Assembly: GCA_951406725.2 (NCBI GenBank)
Contig: OX597819.1
Location: forward strand, 77,624,001-77,688,000
Direction of reading: 5' to 3'
Origin: Octopus vulgaris
Taxonomy: Eukaryota
DNA length: 64,000 nucleotides
The notes beneath the pieces are model-generated. The model worked only from the letters and a program-made list of their open reading frames with translations. It had not been told where the DNA came from and made no database searches. The position numbers were made by a program, and so were the translations under genes. This document shows positions 1 through 13,111 of the stretch, piece by piece; the stretch's first letter is position 1; each line of letters begins with the position of its first letter.

Positions 1-228
1 ATATATGTATGTATGTGTATATGTTTGGGTGCCCGTGTTTCTCCCACCAACATCGCTTGACAACCGATGCTGGTGTGTTTACGTCCCCGTAATTTAGCGG
101 TTGGCAAACGAGACCGATAGAACAAGTACTAGGCTTACAAATAATAAGTCCTGAGGTCGATGTGCTCGACTAAAGGCGGTGCTCCAGCACGGCCACAGTC
201 AAATGACTGAAACAAGTAAAAGAGTAAA
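1..228 (+). mobile_element. tRNA-derived SINE family B, 3' half (head lies outside the window)
   Basis: Matches the 3' module repeated throughout the window (ttgacaaccgatgctggtgtgtttacgtcccc...aaatgactgaaacaagtaaaagag). Confidence 0.85.
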
Positions 229-382
229 CCATATTCTAATGTCTTAATGGACAGATTGGATAATATAGTTAAGAATATACCATTTCTACCAAACGGAAGT
301 GACGGTCACAACTGGAATGATTAGTAGTATTTTTGATCGGTATGTGCGTGGCAGTTAAACAAGAGATATGATATTCTTCAAC

Positions 383-640
383 AGGCGCAGGCAATGCTCT
401 AGTTAAGAAGCTCGCTTTGTAACCACATTGATTCGGGTTCAGTCCCACTGCAAGGTACCTTGAGTGTTTTCTACTATATCTCTAGGCCGACCAATACCTT
501 ACGAGTTAATTTGAACAGAAACTGAGTGGAAGCCTATCGAATATATGCATGTACGTACTTACGTACGTACGTAGGTATGTATGTACGTATGTACGCATGT
601 ATATATGTGTGTATATATGTGTGTGTGTGTGTGTGTTTTG
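383..640 (+). mobile_element. SINE family B, diverged 5' half running into its internal microsatellite
   Basis: B-box-like gggttcagtccc, then the ggccgaccaa...gaaactga motif, then (TA)/(TG)n. Confidence 0.7.
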
Positions 641-667
641 CGCGTGCGTGCATGTTGTTTACCAGTC

Positions 668-1581
668 ATGATGGCTCCTTAAGTAGTACTGTCATGGAGA
701 ACTCTTCCATATTAGAACAATTTCAAAGTGCTTGGACATGATGTTATCATTGAAAATATTATGCCTAGTGTTTCCAGGCATAGGTTAGATGTTTTGAGTA
801 TGCATTATATATGCATACTGTGGAGGCGCAATGGCCCAGTGGTTAGGGCAGCGGACTCACGGTCGTAGGATCGCGGTTTCGATTCCCAGACTGGGCGTTG
901 TGAGTGTTTATTGAGCGAAAACATCTAAAGTTCCATGAGGCTCCGGCAGGGAGTGGTGGTGAACGCTGCTGTACTCTTTCACCACGACTTTCTCTCACTC
1001 TTTCTTCATGTTCCTGTTGTACCTGTATTTCAAAGGGCTAGCCTTGTCAAACTCTGTGTCATGCTGAATCTTCCCGTGAACCACGTTAAGGGTATACGTG
1101 TCTGTGGAGTGCTCAGCCAATTGCACGTTAATTTTACGAGCAGGCTGTTCCGTTGATCGGATCAACAGGAACCCTTGTCGTCGTAACCGACGGAGCGCCA
1201 TCATCATATATACATACCAAGTTGTGCTGTACTGTCTCTTTTTCTGTTTGAGATCCTATATAAGGTCTGCGATGATTGTGCATTGTCTTTTACAATTTTT
1301 CCTGAAAGATGCGATGTGGCTTCTCCATCGGTTCTTGAAACTGCCGTTCGTTGTACCTACATATGTATATACATGTTCACGCGTTCTAACACTACATTTG
1401 TATACAATGATTTTATGTAAACATTCTTTTACCAGGTTACTACTACTTGCCGTATTCATTTTTATATTTTCTTCTTAGTGGCATTGCCGTCGTTATTGAT
1501 AATAGTTTTATATCCCTTGTTCTATTCAACAACTATGATGACTCCTGAAGAAGCACTCCCGTGGAGAACTCTTCCATATTA
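668..1581 (-). mobile_element. Penelope-like element relic: GIY-YIG endonuclease fragment interrupted by a SINE
   Basis: ORF 1256..1459(-) reads IVYKCSV...YVGTTNGSFKNRWRSHIASF, a GIY-YIG pattern. It continues as ADLI*DLKQKKRQYSTTW and, beyond the SINE, YNAYSKTSNLCLE. An imperfect ~47 bp direct repeat lies at ~668-714 and ~1535-1581. Confidence 0.7.
821..1207 (+). mobile_element. tRNA-derived SINE, head type C with body shared with the 6115 copy
   Basis: A box tggcccagtgg and B-box-like ggtttcgattccc. Body 1018-1200 is homologous to 6253-6410. Confidence 0.85.
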
Positions 1582-1704
1582 TTTGCTTTTGCCCTCAGCC
1601 TCAAAATATACACACTCGCCCACAAATCTTCAGGATTAGAAAATACATTAACTTAGATCAGTTGTTCACTTTCTCTCAACAAAGATGAATTAATTTATTC
1701 CCCG

Positions 1705-1710
1705 CCTCTG

Positions 1711-1790
<80 letters not shown>

Positions 1791-1810
1791 TCACACTCAT
1801 TCACACACAC
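1705..1810. repeat. (TC)n(CA)n compound microsatellite
   Basis: Read directly from the sequence. Confidence 0.95.
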
Positions 1811-2449
1811 GACTGGCAGATATTCTTTCTCCAACACACTACAACCACTGGTCCCAGAGTTTTACTGTACTTCTTTCTCTGTATTTTCCACCTCTCTAAC
1901 AACACACCTATGGTATGCTAGTTAACTATTAGCATACCATTTCCAACAAGACCCCCCCCCTAGAACCCCCAATCTCTTGTTCTTTCGTCTCCCCTACTTT
2001 ATCTCCCCTCTTCAGCCCTCATACTAATCATTTTATTGATCCTTCTTCTCCGAAGCCCTAACCTTCTGGAATTCTCCCACTGCCTAATTCTTCTCCTTAG
2101 ACTTTAGCATAGGAACCATACTTTTGCCTATGAACCATACTGATGTCATTTAATCTCGAAGGACCTGCAAAGATCACCTACACGCAACTCACCCTCTTTT
2201 AGACTAAACTGAAAAATGAACTCACTCCGTTTTCTATTTTCCACCATCAACGTGACCCATCGCCCGTAATCAGCATCATTTTAATTTACTGATAATAACA
2301 AACCCTCATCAGTTTCTCGCTATCAATACCAGTACCGCACCCAACCAATCATTCAATTCAAGCCATCACTCATCACCACAATTATTCTCCATTCACACTA
2401 TCTCCGCCCCTCACACATGTCCACACACAAGCACTTACAAACACATTCT

Positions 2450-2476
2450 CACACACACACATGCGCTCATGCACGC

Positions 2477-2571
<95 letters not shown>

Positions 2572-2682
2572 TTTCGTACACGCACATTTATAGACGCATT
2601 CACAGATATTCTCTGAAATACACCACATATTTATTTTCACATACACATTTGAAACCCAACCAGGAAAAGAGATAGATAAATA

Positions 2683-2721
<39 letters not shown>

Positions 2722-2894
2722 AGGAAGAAAGAAGGAGAGAGAGGGAAAGACGGAGATAAATATACTGAGATAGAAAGGGAGAGGGTAGTAGCAAAAGACA
2801 TGACGCAGGAGAGAGAGAGAGTAAGAAAAGGTGGCAATGAAAGTCTCAGAGGAGAAAAAGAGAGAGCGTGACTCCGAGAGTGAAAATAAGAGAC

Positions 2895-2947
<53 letters not shown>

Positions 2948-2950
2948 GAA
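2450..2950. repeat. (CA)n, (GA)n and (GATA)n microsatellite cluster
   Basis: Read directly from the sequence. Confidence 0.9.
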
Positions 2951-3526
2951 AGATCTCAAGAGAATTAAAGAAACTGGGAAATAATAGGAAAGGAAAGAGG
3001 GAGGGCAAGGAAAGAAGCAGGCCTATCAATTACTCTAAAAGATTAATGTATTAAGGCGAGCAGTCAAAACGTCTACGACATATTCACATATCTCATACGT
3101 AATCTAAACAGATAACAACAGAAATATACATAATCGTTTGAGCATTGGGATGAATGAATGAATGAATGGTTGTGTCACAGGAAACCCGGTAACCATGGTT
3201 ACAAAACAAGCGTCTTCTGTCCACCGATAAAAAGACATATCAAATTCTAACATACTTTTTGAAGAAAAGCGAACACCTCCGCCACCACTAACCCTCCACA
3301 AATAAAACACAACAACAGCAACAACAACAACAACAACAACAACAACAAAACTGAAACAAACATACACTCAGAAAAAAAAATAACGCAAAAAGTAAGAAAA
3401 AATATATACAAATACACAAAAAAGACAGTCAACAGTACAAATTGTTCTGTTCCATAGTGGATATAGTTATTAATTGATTATGTTAAAGGTTCCAGATACA
3501 TATTGCTAAAGTCCCTCAAGTGGTTT

Positions 3527-3584
3527 AATACATACATACATACATACATACATACATACATACATACATACATACATACATACA

Positions 3585-3616
<32 letters not shown>

Positions 3617-3996
3617 ATGAATGCAAGTATATATGTATAATGTATGTATGTATATTTATAAATGCATATGTGTATATGTTTTTATATATATATATATATA
3701 TATATACATATACACATATATATGTATATATATATACGTGTGTGTGTTTATATATGTGTATGTATGTATATGTATATATATATGTATATATGTATGGGTT
3801 TATATGTATGTATGTATTACATATATCTATATATAATTGTCTCAGAAACACGTTTACAATATCTGCCAATAACATAAGTCATATTACTGCGTTGATAAAA
3901 CTAACCGTTTGGTGATTTTAGATAAATGTTGAGACAATTTACAAAATATGTAATGAACGACATCACCAACAAATCATCCGACAGTCATGACAAGAA

Positions 3997-4043
<47 letters not shown>

Positions 4044-4065
4044 ATAATAATATAATAATAATGAA
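3527..4065. repeat. (ATAC)n, degenerate (TA/TG)n and (CTA)n(TAA)n microsatellites
   Basis: Read directly from the sequence. Confidence 0.9.
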
Positions 4066-4634
4066 AAAAAAAACGAAACAAATATAACGGATAACAAATT
4101 GAAAGGAGGGGGGAAGAGAAGAAGAGAAGGAAAACGAAAAGGAAGTAAATTTGAAAACAACAATAGATCTACAAGTTCAAATTTCAGAAAAGAGGAAGGT
4201 CATTTATATACAAGAGGACAATTCACCAGCAAAACATAAAGGAATTACTTTATAGATCTTAGTGATTTGCCAAAGATATTAACTGCTGCCATATTTAAAG
4301 AGAAATGCTACAAAGAAAAGACATAAACTAGAAAGAGAGAGAGAGAAAGAGAGAGAAAGAGGGAGAGGGAGAGGGGGATAGAATTTACGAGCTTTAGAAA
4401 AACAGGCATGTATCTATCGTTCAACAGACGCATTTCACTTGTGCCAGTGAGATCAGCCTGCAGAAGTGCGATGAAACTGGTTGAAGCTTTACAGTAGACA
4501 GTGCAATGAAGAAGTAAACGAAACGTGAATGTAACAGATTCTGTCTGTCCTTAAGTGGATTCAATGGCTTTGTAAGATGATATTACTTCAGTTTCAATTC
4601 AAGATCTCAGATAACCTGTCACTTGCAAAACATG

Positions 4635-4709
<75 letters not shown>

Positions 4710-4755
4710 TGTATGTATGTATGTATGTATGTGTGTATATGTATATATATGTATA

Positions 4756-4810
<55 letters not shown>

Positions 4811-4811
4811 G

Positions 4812-4958
4812 AAAAAATCGATCCCAGGACTTTTTTGTAAAGCCTAGATTGTATCGGCTTTTTTGCCGAACCGCTAATTTACGAGGACATAAACACACCA
4901 ACACCGGTTGTCATGTAGTATTGGGGTGACAAACACAGACACAAAGACCGCCCCCCCC

Positions 4959-4991
<33 letters not shown>

Positions 4992-5325
4992 AATACGTAT
5001 GTATAATGGATGAATGGATAGATGGCTGGATCAAAACAGTTTGATTCAAATTCGTTGGTACACCGAGTTTCATGCGTAGGCTGAAGACTAGCGTTACGCT
5101 TGAAAGTGTTTTGATCCGTACATGGAACTCCCAATAGATTTGTAGCATGCTCTTCTTTCGTTTGTCCACTTATATATAACGGGCTTCTTTCAGTTTCAGT
5201 CCACCAGATTCTCTCACAACGCTTTGATCGGCACAGTATTGATTAGCAAGTGTCTTAAGAAGTAGATACTTGCCCAAGGTGCTGTGTAGTGTGGCTGAAT
5301 CTGAAACCATGTGGTTGCGAAACCA
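4812..5325 (-). mobile_element. SINE family B copy interrupted in its internal microsatellite by an insert at ~5025-5170
   Basis: 3' module at 4812-4960 and 5' module at 5175-5325, both on the minus strand. Confidence 0.75.
5065..5130 (+). ncRNA. Decayed type I hammerhead-like motif
   Basis: CTGAAGA (5081-5087), stem II AGCG-TTA-CGCT, GAAA (5102-5105). Distal stem gagtttcatg/catggaactc. Stem III and the cleavage triplet are imperfect. Confidence 0.45.
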
Positions 5326-5691
5326 GACAATCATCATTTGACCGAGAGAGTTGTAAGCAACGCACTCAGTGCAGTGAAGTTGAGTAAGAATAATATTTAT
5401 TCAAAACTGAGTCGCTACTCAGGTCTCATGATTTTACTTTAACAGTCACATTAAGAAGTGGAACTGTGAAACTAGAGCAGTGACATACTTAGCTTTGCGG
5501 GCATGGCTGTGTGGTAAGAAGCTTGCTTCCCAACGACAGCTGAACGGATTTTCACCGTATTTGGCAGAAATACTCAATGGGTGAGTGGCTCAAAATGATG
5601 ACCATTTGGTTTGATTATCTTTAAAGAGGAAATTTATAAAATTTATTTTAAAAATCAGACTTACAAATATCTTGATGAGCAAGTGGTCATA

Positions 5692-5731
<40 letters not shown>

Positions 5732-6114
5732 AGTAAATCTCTGCAGTAGGCATATAAGCATATTCAGTTTTTACCTATTTCACCGCAAACTAAAAAAAAT
5801 TATGAATAACCTTTATCGATTTTTGACTCTTATTGGGTTTCATCAGAGGTGTCTACATCACTTGACCATTCTTAGAGAAACAAAAAGTCAGTCCATATAT
5901 ATAAGCATCAAATCTAGGTGCTCCAATCTCTGGGGCTATTACATTTGATGCATATGAATTTATATATTAATCTTTCGCCCACATTTTATTTATAGTATAA
6001 GCTTTTAAGGTGTACGAATTTCATCCATCACTTGCTGGATGATAAAATCTAATATGATTATTTAAAACGTATGGTTGAAAGTTAAAGATTTTAGCAAATA
6101 TCTGCATTTATACG

Positions 6115-6412
6115 TGAAGGTGCGTGGTTTAGTGGTTAGGGTATTCAGCTCATGATCGTAAGGTCTTGAGTTCAGTTCCCAGTGACTCGTGTCCTTGAGC
6201 AAGACACTTTATTTCACGTTGTTCCAGTCCACTCAGCTGGCAAAAATGAGTAGTACCTGTATTTCAAAGGGCTAGCCTTGTCACGTTTTGGGTCACACTC
6301 AAATTTCCTGCAAACTTACGTTAAGGATCACGCGTCTGTGGAGTGCTCAGCCACATGCACGTTAATTTCACGAGCAGACTGTTCCGTTGATCTGTAACCA
6401 ACGGAGTGCCAG
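6115..6412 (+). mobile_element. tRNA-derived SINE, head type D
   Basis: A box tggtttagtgg, B box gagttcagttcc, followed by the gtgtccttgagcaagacact central motif. Confidence 0.85.
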
Positions 6413-6476
6413 AATTTGATACTTATTTTTAAACACTTACAAACCCACATATGCATATATCTACACACAGATGTCT

Positions 6477-6860
6477 TTATTACCTCCGCGTTCGCTAGGG
6501 CGGAGGTATTGTTTTCAGTCGTGTTTGTTTATTTGTCCGTGGACAAGATATTTCAAGAATCGCTGGATGGATTCGGATGACACTTTCAGCAATGTTTGGC
6601 CTCGTGACTGGCACGAGCTGATTAAATTTTGGGGTCGATCCGATACCGGATAAGGATTCTGGATTATTTTTTCTGTTTTTTTTTTTTTTTTTTTTTTACA
6701 TAATTTTTGAGAGTGGTCGGGTTCATTTTAGTATTCTCGTTTCTGAGAGCAGTCGAGTTTATTTCAGATATTCTCATTATAAAAATCATCTCTGGCTAAT
6801 CGTTGAGAGGACGTTGGTGTTGCCTTGGCGGAAGTTTGCGCTCTCTGAGGGCTCTTGTTT
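6477..6860 (+). mobile_element. Non-autonomous Helentron-associated (HINE/DINE-1-like) element
   Basis: 5' TTATT-ACCTCCGC subterminal repeat with nearby inverted copy GCGGAGGT, short (GTTT)n, 3' GGCGGAAGT plus hairpin gcgctc-tct-gagggc, ending at a T-rich site. Confidence 0.65.
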
Positions 6861-7948
6861 AGCATTGTATTTTGCACGTGTAGCGAACTACTACTTTCAA
6901 CTAATCATGCAATTATTTTATATGCAAAGATACACTTCAAGAATACTCCAAACAAACACAGATGAGGACAAGAGAGAGAAAGAGAGAGAAAAAGTACGAG
7001 AGAGAGAAGAAGTAATGAAATAATGAAATAATTAGACAACGAAAGACACTACATCACAAACTTCGCTACGTATTCACTCTTCCTTCTCCATCTCGGTATC
7101 ACTTTTATTCTCCCAACTTTCTACTGTATGTTCTTTCTCTCGCATGTTTACTTAAGTCTCGCTCTTCATATAGCTTCTCTATTTCACCAAATTTGCCATA
7201 AAGGCTTTACATAGATAGAAGCAAATGCGGGCTGGACAACAACACAAATGAAATGAATGATGAGCAAAATAATGATATTGATGAGAGAAGCAGACGACGC
7301 CCGCCGATCGAGGCTTTCCAAAAACATTCTTTTTTTCTATTTTATAAAACCAATTGAGGTTATAAACTTCTTACTATAGTTCACTGGGACACAAGATCCT
7401 TTCAAATGAGGCACTAAGCTTCTCACTTCATATAATACTCTGTCTTAAAGATTTTCTTTCCATGTCTCTCTCTTTCAGTTCGTCTTCAATTACGATTCTG
7501 AGCTAGTTTTATCTCTTTCTCTTCTCACTCATATTCACTGGCCTTTCAGTATAAACATCACCACCACCACCACCACAACCACCACCACATATGTATATAT
7601 ATATATATATATATATATGCATATATGGGTACAAGACGTCAAAAAACGTAAACATGAAATCCGAAATACGAAAAACAATATGAAATACGAAGACAAACGT
7701 TTTTTTACGAACAACGAAAGAAACATGGAAAACAAGACAAGTAACATAAAGAACGACCTTTCATCAGTTGTCTGCTGTTTATCTGCTCCACATTTCGAGC
7801 AATTCACACACACACATACCACAGTTTTCGTCTGGGCCCGGAACTATAATAGAAAACGCCCATTGTACCGCGGAATGGAAACCGAACCTGAAACCACGGG
7901 GCTGCAAAACCTTCCAGTTATACTTGTGTTTATTACGATGACTTCTGT

Positions 7949-8155
7949 TAGGGCGGCGAGCTGGCAGAATCGTTAGCACGCCGGGTAAAATGCTCAGTCT
8001 GTAAGTTCTGAGTTCAAATTCCGCTGAGGTTGACTTTGCCTTTCATCCTTTCGGGGTCGATAAATGAAGTAATAGTGAAACATTGGGGTCGATGTAATCG
8101 ACTAGCCCGTTTTCCCAAAATTTCAGGCCTTGTGCCTTTATTAGAAAGAGTTATC
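7949..8155 (+). mobile_element. tRNA-derived SINE family A
   Basis: ggcggcgagctggcagaatcg head, B box gagttcaaattcc, central gactttgcctttcatcctttcggggtcgataaat (resembles the MetaSINE domain). Confidence 0.85.
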
Positions 8156-8404
8156 ATATACTTATGTTTTTTTTGGGGGGGGATTTATCTATTTTCTTCT
8201 TTTCTCCCATATTTTCTCTCTTCATTTCTTAATTGACGTCACTATTTTCGTCTCTCCCTGTTTTTTCTCACTCACTCATACCCTGTTTATTATGTTTTTA
8301 TTCTTTATAGTTTACTACTTTGTCTGTTTGTCTGTCTGTCTCTGTCTCTCTCTGTATCTTTTCTACATTCACCGTTAAAAAGGTGCCTTTTCCACCGATG
8401 TTAC

Positions 8405-8741
8405 CACCGTTGAGACCCCTTTCGGTCATGACTGACTGTGAAATTGCACCTAGAAAGTTACCCTCCCAGGCACAAGTCCGGGCAAGGTTGTTTATGGAAG
8501 ACCAGCACTTGCCCATGCATACCGGTCTCCCCTGTCCACGCCACCAGTGTTATCCAAGGGACAGGCAAAGGCCGATACAGCTTGGCACCTGTGACGTCGC
8601 AACTCATTTCTACAGCTGAGTGAACTGGAGCAACGTGAAATAAAGTGTCTTGCTCAAGAACACAACACACAGCCCGATCCGGGATTTGCACTCACAACCT
8701 CACGATCGTAAGCTCGACGCTCTAACCACTGAGCCATGCAA
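8405..8741 (-). mobile_element. SINE with head type D and a different 3' body
   Basis: Reverse complement has tggctcagtggttagagcg and gtgttcttgagcaagacact like the 6115 copy. Downstream body is unrelated to that copy. Confidence 0.8.
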
Positions 8742-9174
8742 CCACCACCACTACCATAACTACCAACTGTTTCTTACTCTATATGAATTACTTAGCGTAA
8801 CATGAAAAGTATGTAGGAACATACCATTGTATTAATATATAGATTATTGCAAGCAAAGAAGTTAAAACATTGCCGGACGATATACATATTAAACACCCAA
8901 ACATAAAAATAAAACAATTAAAATACATTTCCTTGAAAAAAACAAAACAAAATCAATTTGTTCTTATCGTTATAAAATTATGATAAGTAATTTTTAAAAA
9001 GTTATACGAGATTAATATTCGATATTTTCTATATTTATCTTTCCATGAAATGAAAATTGACAACATGAAAAATTGAAAGTATATTTCATTTGAAAAACAT
9101 TCCATCCTTACTTCAAAATTACTAATAGGATGTTTAATAATTAGTCGATATTCAGTTTCGATGCAATTTAATCT

Positions 9175-9556
9175 TTTACTTTTAATCGTTTACTTATTTT
9201 TTATTATTAGTCTGCGTCCACGCAGACTGGAAGAGCTTTTTTTTAGTCGAATTGACTCCAGTACGTATTGTCTTTTTAAAGCCTGGTACTTCTTTTATCG
9301 GACTCTCATGCCGAACCGCTAGTTTACAGGAACGTAAGCACATCACCACCAGTTGTCAAGTGAAGGTGAAGGAAACATACACACACACACATACATCGAC
9401 GGTCTTTCAATTTCCGCCTACCAAGTTCACTCACAAGACTTTGGTTGGCTCGAGGCTATAGAAAACACTTGCCCAAAGTTTCACACAGTGGGACTGAACC
9501 CAGAAATATGTGGCTGGGGAGCAAGCTTCTTACCACACAGCCACTCCTGCACCTGT
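9175..9556 (-). mobile_element. SINE family B, diverged full-length copy
   Basis: Both family B modules on the minus strand with a short internal (CA)n. Confidence 0.75.
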
Positions 9557-9669
9557 GTTAATTTTTTTTTTCTAGGCATCTACCTTCGACCAATTTTCCT
9601 TCCTACAAATATGTCTTACAACTAATTTGTCTTTCGAGCAGTTTTCAACGAATATACTTATAATAATAA

Positions 9670-10260
9670 TCCCTTCTACAATAGGCATAAGGCTTGAAAT
9701 TTTGGGGGAGGTGACAATTCGATCAAATTGACCCCAGTACTTGACTGGTACTTAATTTATCGACGCCGATAAGATGAAACTCAAAGTCGACCCCGGTGGC
9801 ATTTGAACGCAGAATATAAAGTGGGAAGAAATACTGCTAATTATTTTTCTCCGGCGCGTTAAGGATACTGCCGGCTTGCCACGATGATGATGATGATGAT
9901 GATGATGATTTTGGCCACTTATTTTAGAAGGAGGGGGTTAGTCGATCACAGCTACTACACAACTAGACTGATTTTTATTTTATCGGCCCCTAGAAGGATA
10001 AATAGCAAATTTGACGTTAGAACTCAGGCATAACTAAATACCGCAAGGCATTTTTATTTAGCTCCATTCTTTGAAAATTCTGCCCTCAATAATTGCTTCT
10101 AATTTGGGCACGATCATCCACTATTTGACTGGAGCGGTATTATATCGATCTCGGAAGCATGTAAATTCGAACTCGAAACAATGAGAGCCGTAACTAAAGG
10201 CACAAGATATTTTTTTTTTAGATGCTCTACCAACTCTGACAACCACTGCCGTCAGTAATA
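9670..10260 (-). mobile_element. Two to three decayed SINE family A copies
   Basis: Recurring gaccccagtac...tttatcgac...gaactc motifs on the minus strand. Confidence 0.65.
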
Positions 10261-10281
10261 ACAATCATAATCATAATTTTA

Positions 10282-10630
10282 AGTGAACACTGACAAGGAG
10301 ATCTTAGTCAATCGACCGGATACGGTTAAAAAAATATTAAAAAAGAAATAAAAAATATCATTAGAACAGAACGTACAGTATGATTGATGTGTCATGTCCT
10401 GTGGACAGGAACATATCAATCAAATTATACAGAAAACAAAACACGTGAAATACAGATAGATTTATTGAAAGACGTAACAAGAATATGGAGGCTTGGATAC
10501 ATACAATAGTCATAGCCGTTGTGGTAAGAATTCAGGAAGGAAATGGGCTACAAAATAGTACCTTATCAGAGCAACCTTAAATCCAAGGAAATTGTTCCCT
10601 TGGGTAGTACCCACATCATTAGGAAAATAA
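10282..10630 (+). mobile_element. Old R4/Dong-type LINE 3' fragment (RLE domain)
   Basis: Frameshifted translation VNTDKEILVNRPDTV...MIDVSCPVDRNISIK...DVTRIWRL...QEIVPLGSTHIIRK aligns by eye with the C-terminus of the 11181 copy. Confidence 0.7.
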
Positions 10631-10889
10631 ACCAAACTGAAACGAACGACAGACCTTTGCATATTTGCAAATTAGCATAACTACTTGGTGTGCAGTTATT
10701 ACGCAGGCACGTACGGATGCACCGACAAAAACACACGTAACAACATAGTTATTATATATAATAGCCAAACTCTAAGATTGATTACAACAATCCGCTTAGT
10801 TATGAAAGAAAAGAAAAACAGGAACACTATCCGAAAGACAAAAATAGAAATAATAATAATAATAATAATAATAATGACGATAATAATAA

Positions 10890-11104
10890 TCCTTTCTACT
10901 ATAGGCACAAGGTCAAAAATTTGGGGGAGGGGACAAATCGATTACATCGTCCCCCAGTACTAAACTGGTACTTACTTCATCGACCCCGAAAGGATGAAAG
11001 GCGAAATCGACCTGGGTAGAATTTGAACTCAGAACGTAAGGAAGGACGAAATGCTATTAAGCATTTTGCCTGGTGTGCTAACGATTCTGCCAGCTCGCTG
11101 CCTT
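10890..11104 (-). mobile_element. SINE family A flanked by (TAA)n on both sides
   Basis: Full-length reverse-complement match to family A. Confidence 0.9.
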
Positions 11105-11117
11105 AATAATAATAATG

Positions 11118-11180
<63 letters not shown>

Positions 11181-11185
<5 letters not shown>

Positions 11186-13111
11186 AGCCTCGAAACACTA
11201 GCCATTAACAAAGTAGCACCAACAATCATAAAATTCATAGAGCACTCTATGAATAAATGGCAAACAGTCCTACACCTCCAAACAAAAGAGGGACTCATGA
11301 AAACCAAAGACATCCCCATTAGAAGAGGAATATTCCAGGGAGATACGCTCTCTCCACTCCTTTTCTGCTTGGCACTGTCACCTCTATCTGATATGCTAAA
11401 TAGAACTGGATGCGGATATAAATGTTACGGCAAAACGATCAGCCACCTTTTATATATGGATGACCTAAAACTATACGCTGCAAATGACAAACAGCTGGAA
11501 ACACTATTAAAGACAGTTCATGGATTTACCAAAGAAATAGATATGAAATTTGGATTAGAAAAATGCGCCAAAGTAACCATGAAAAGCGGAAAACTAGTTA
11601 AGAGTAACAACATCACACTAGATGAAGCAAATGAAATAAAAGAATTAGACCAAAGCCAAACTTACAAATACTTAGGAATCCATGAACTAGATAAGACACA
11701 ACACACACAAATGAAAGAGAAAATAAAAAAAGAATATTATAGACGAGTTAGATCAATACTAAACACAGAGCTCAATGCTAAAAACAAGATAATAGGTATC
11801 AACACTTTAGCTGTCCCAGTTATAAGTTACAGCTACAATATCCTTAACTGGACACGAAATGAACTGACCAAAATAGACAGGAAAACAAGAAAAATAATGA
11901 CAGGATCTAGGATGCATCACCCAAAATCTGACATAGAAAGACTATATATACAACGTATAGAAGGTGGTAGAGGCCTTATACAGCTGGAAAACTACTATAA
12001 AATAACCACCATAGGACTGCAAAAATATCTACTTCAGAAGGAAGGAAAACTGATCCAGATAGCGGCAAAACACGAGCAAAACAAAAAACTGTTCTCAGTA
12101 TTTAAGGAAGCTGACAAATACAAACAAGAAATCATACCACCTAATAAACATGAAGAAGAAGAAGAAGATGAAGAAACAACAAAAGCTATAAAAAAAATGA
12201 AATCCAAACTAAAAATAGAACAGCAACGAACCATGATAAAACGATGGCAAGAAAAGCCCCTTCATGGTAAATACTGGACTAAACTAAACGCAAAAGAAAT
12301 AGACAAAGAAAAATCCCAGCAATGGTTGAGAAGCTCAGGACTCAAAGCAGAGACAGAGGGATTTTTAATTGCAGCACAAGACCAAAGCCTCCCCACCAGA
12401 AATTACCAAAAACATGTAATGAAAAGAAATATTACAAGTAACTGCAGAATATGTGGAGATGGACAAGAAACAATAAATCATATTATCTCTAGCTGCCCAG
12501 TCCTGGCTAAGAAGGAATATATTCACAGACATGACAGAGTTGGAACTTACATACATTGGAAGCTATGCCAACATTATGGAATAACAACAGAAAAAAGATG
12601 GTATAGGCACACACCAGAAAAGGTCACAGAAAACGAGAAAGCAACCATACTCTGGGATATGCCGATACACACAGATAGAGAAATTAAGGCCAACAGACCA
12701 GATATAGTTGTCAGAGACCATGAAGAAAAAAATGCTTTCTAATTGATGTATCAGTACCGGCAGATGACAACGTGTCTCTAAAAGAAATGGAGAAACTCTC
12801 AAAATACAAAGACCTGGAAAGAGAGGTAACTAGAATGTGGAATCTGAAAACAGAAACAATTCCTATCATAGTAGGTGCATTAGGCATGATAAAAAAATAT
12901 TCAGACAAATACATAACAAAAACACCAGGACTTACAAACACATATAACATACAGAAAATTGCACTACTAGGCACTGCACACATCCTACGCAGAACACTTT
13001 CCATACAATAACCATCAGAGCATCACAACAAATCACAGCACATACCCAAGGCACACAGAGCTGCGCTCGGTAGTGAAGTGAAAGCACGCTATAAAAATAA
13101 AAATAAAACTA

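Noticed and set aside
7630-7805. Insert after (TA)n with CTGATGA and GAAA in type II order on the minus strand
   Set aside because: Stems I and III could not be paired; may be a PLE-type fragment but this is unsupported.
11051-11180. N-terminus of the 563 aa ORF (MLLSILPG...poly-N)
   Set aside because: It is antisense SINE sequence plus the (AAT)n target, in frame by chance with the truncated retrotransposon; not a real start.
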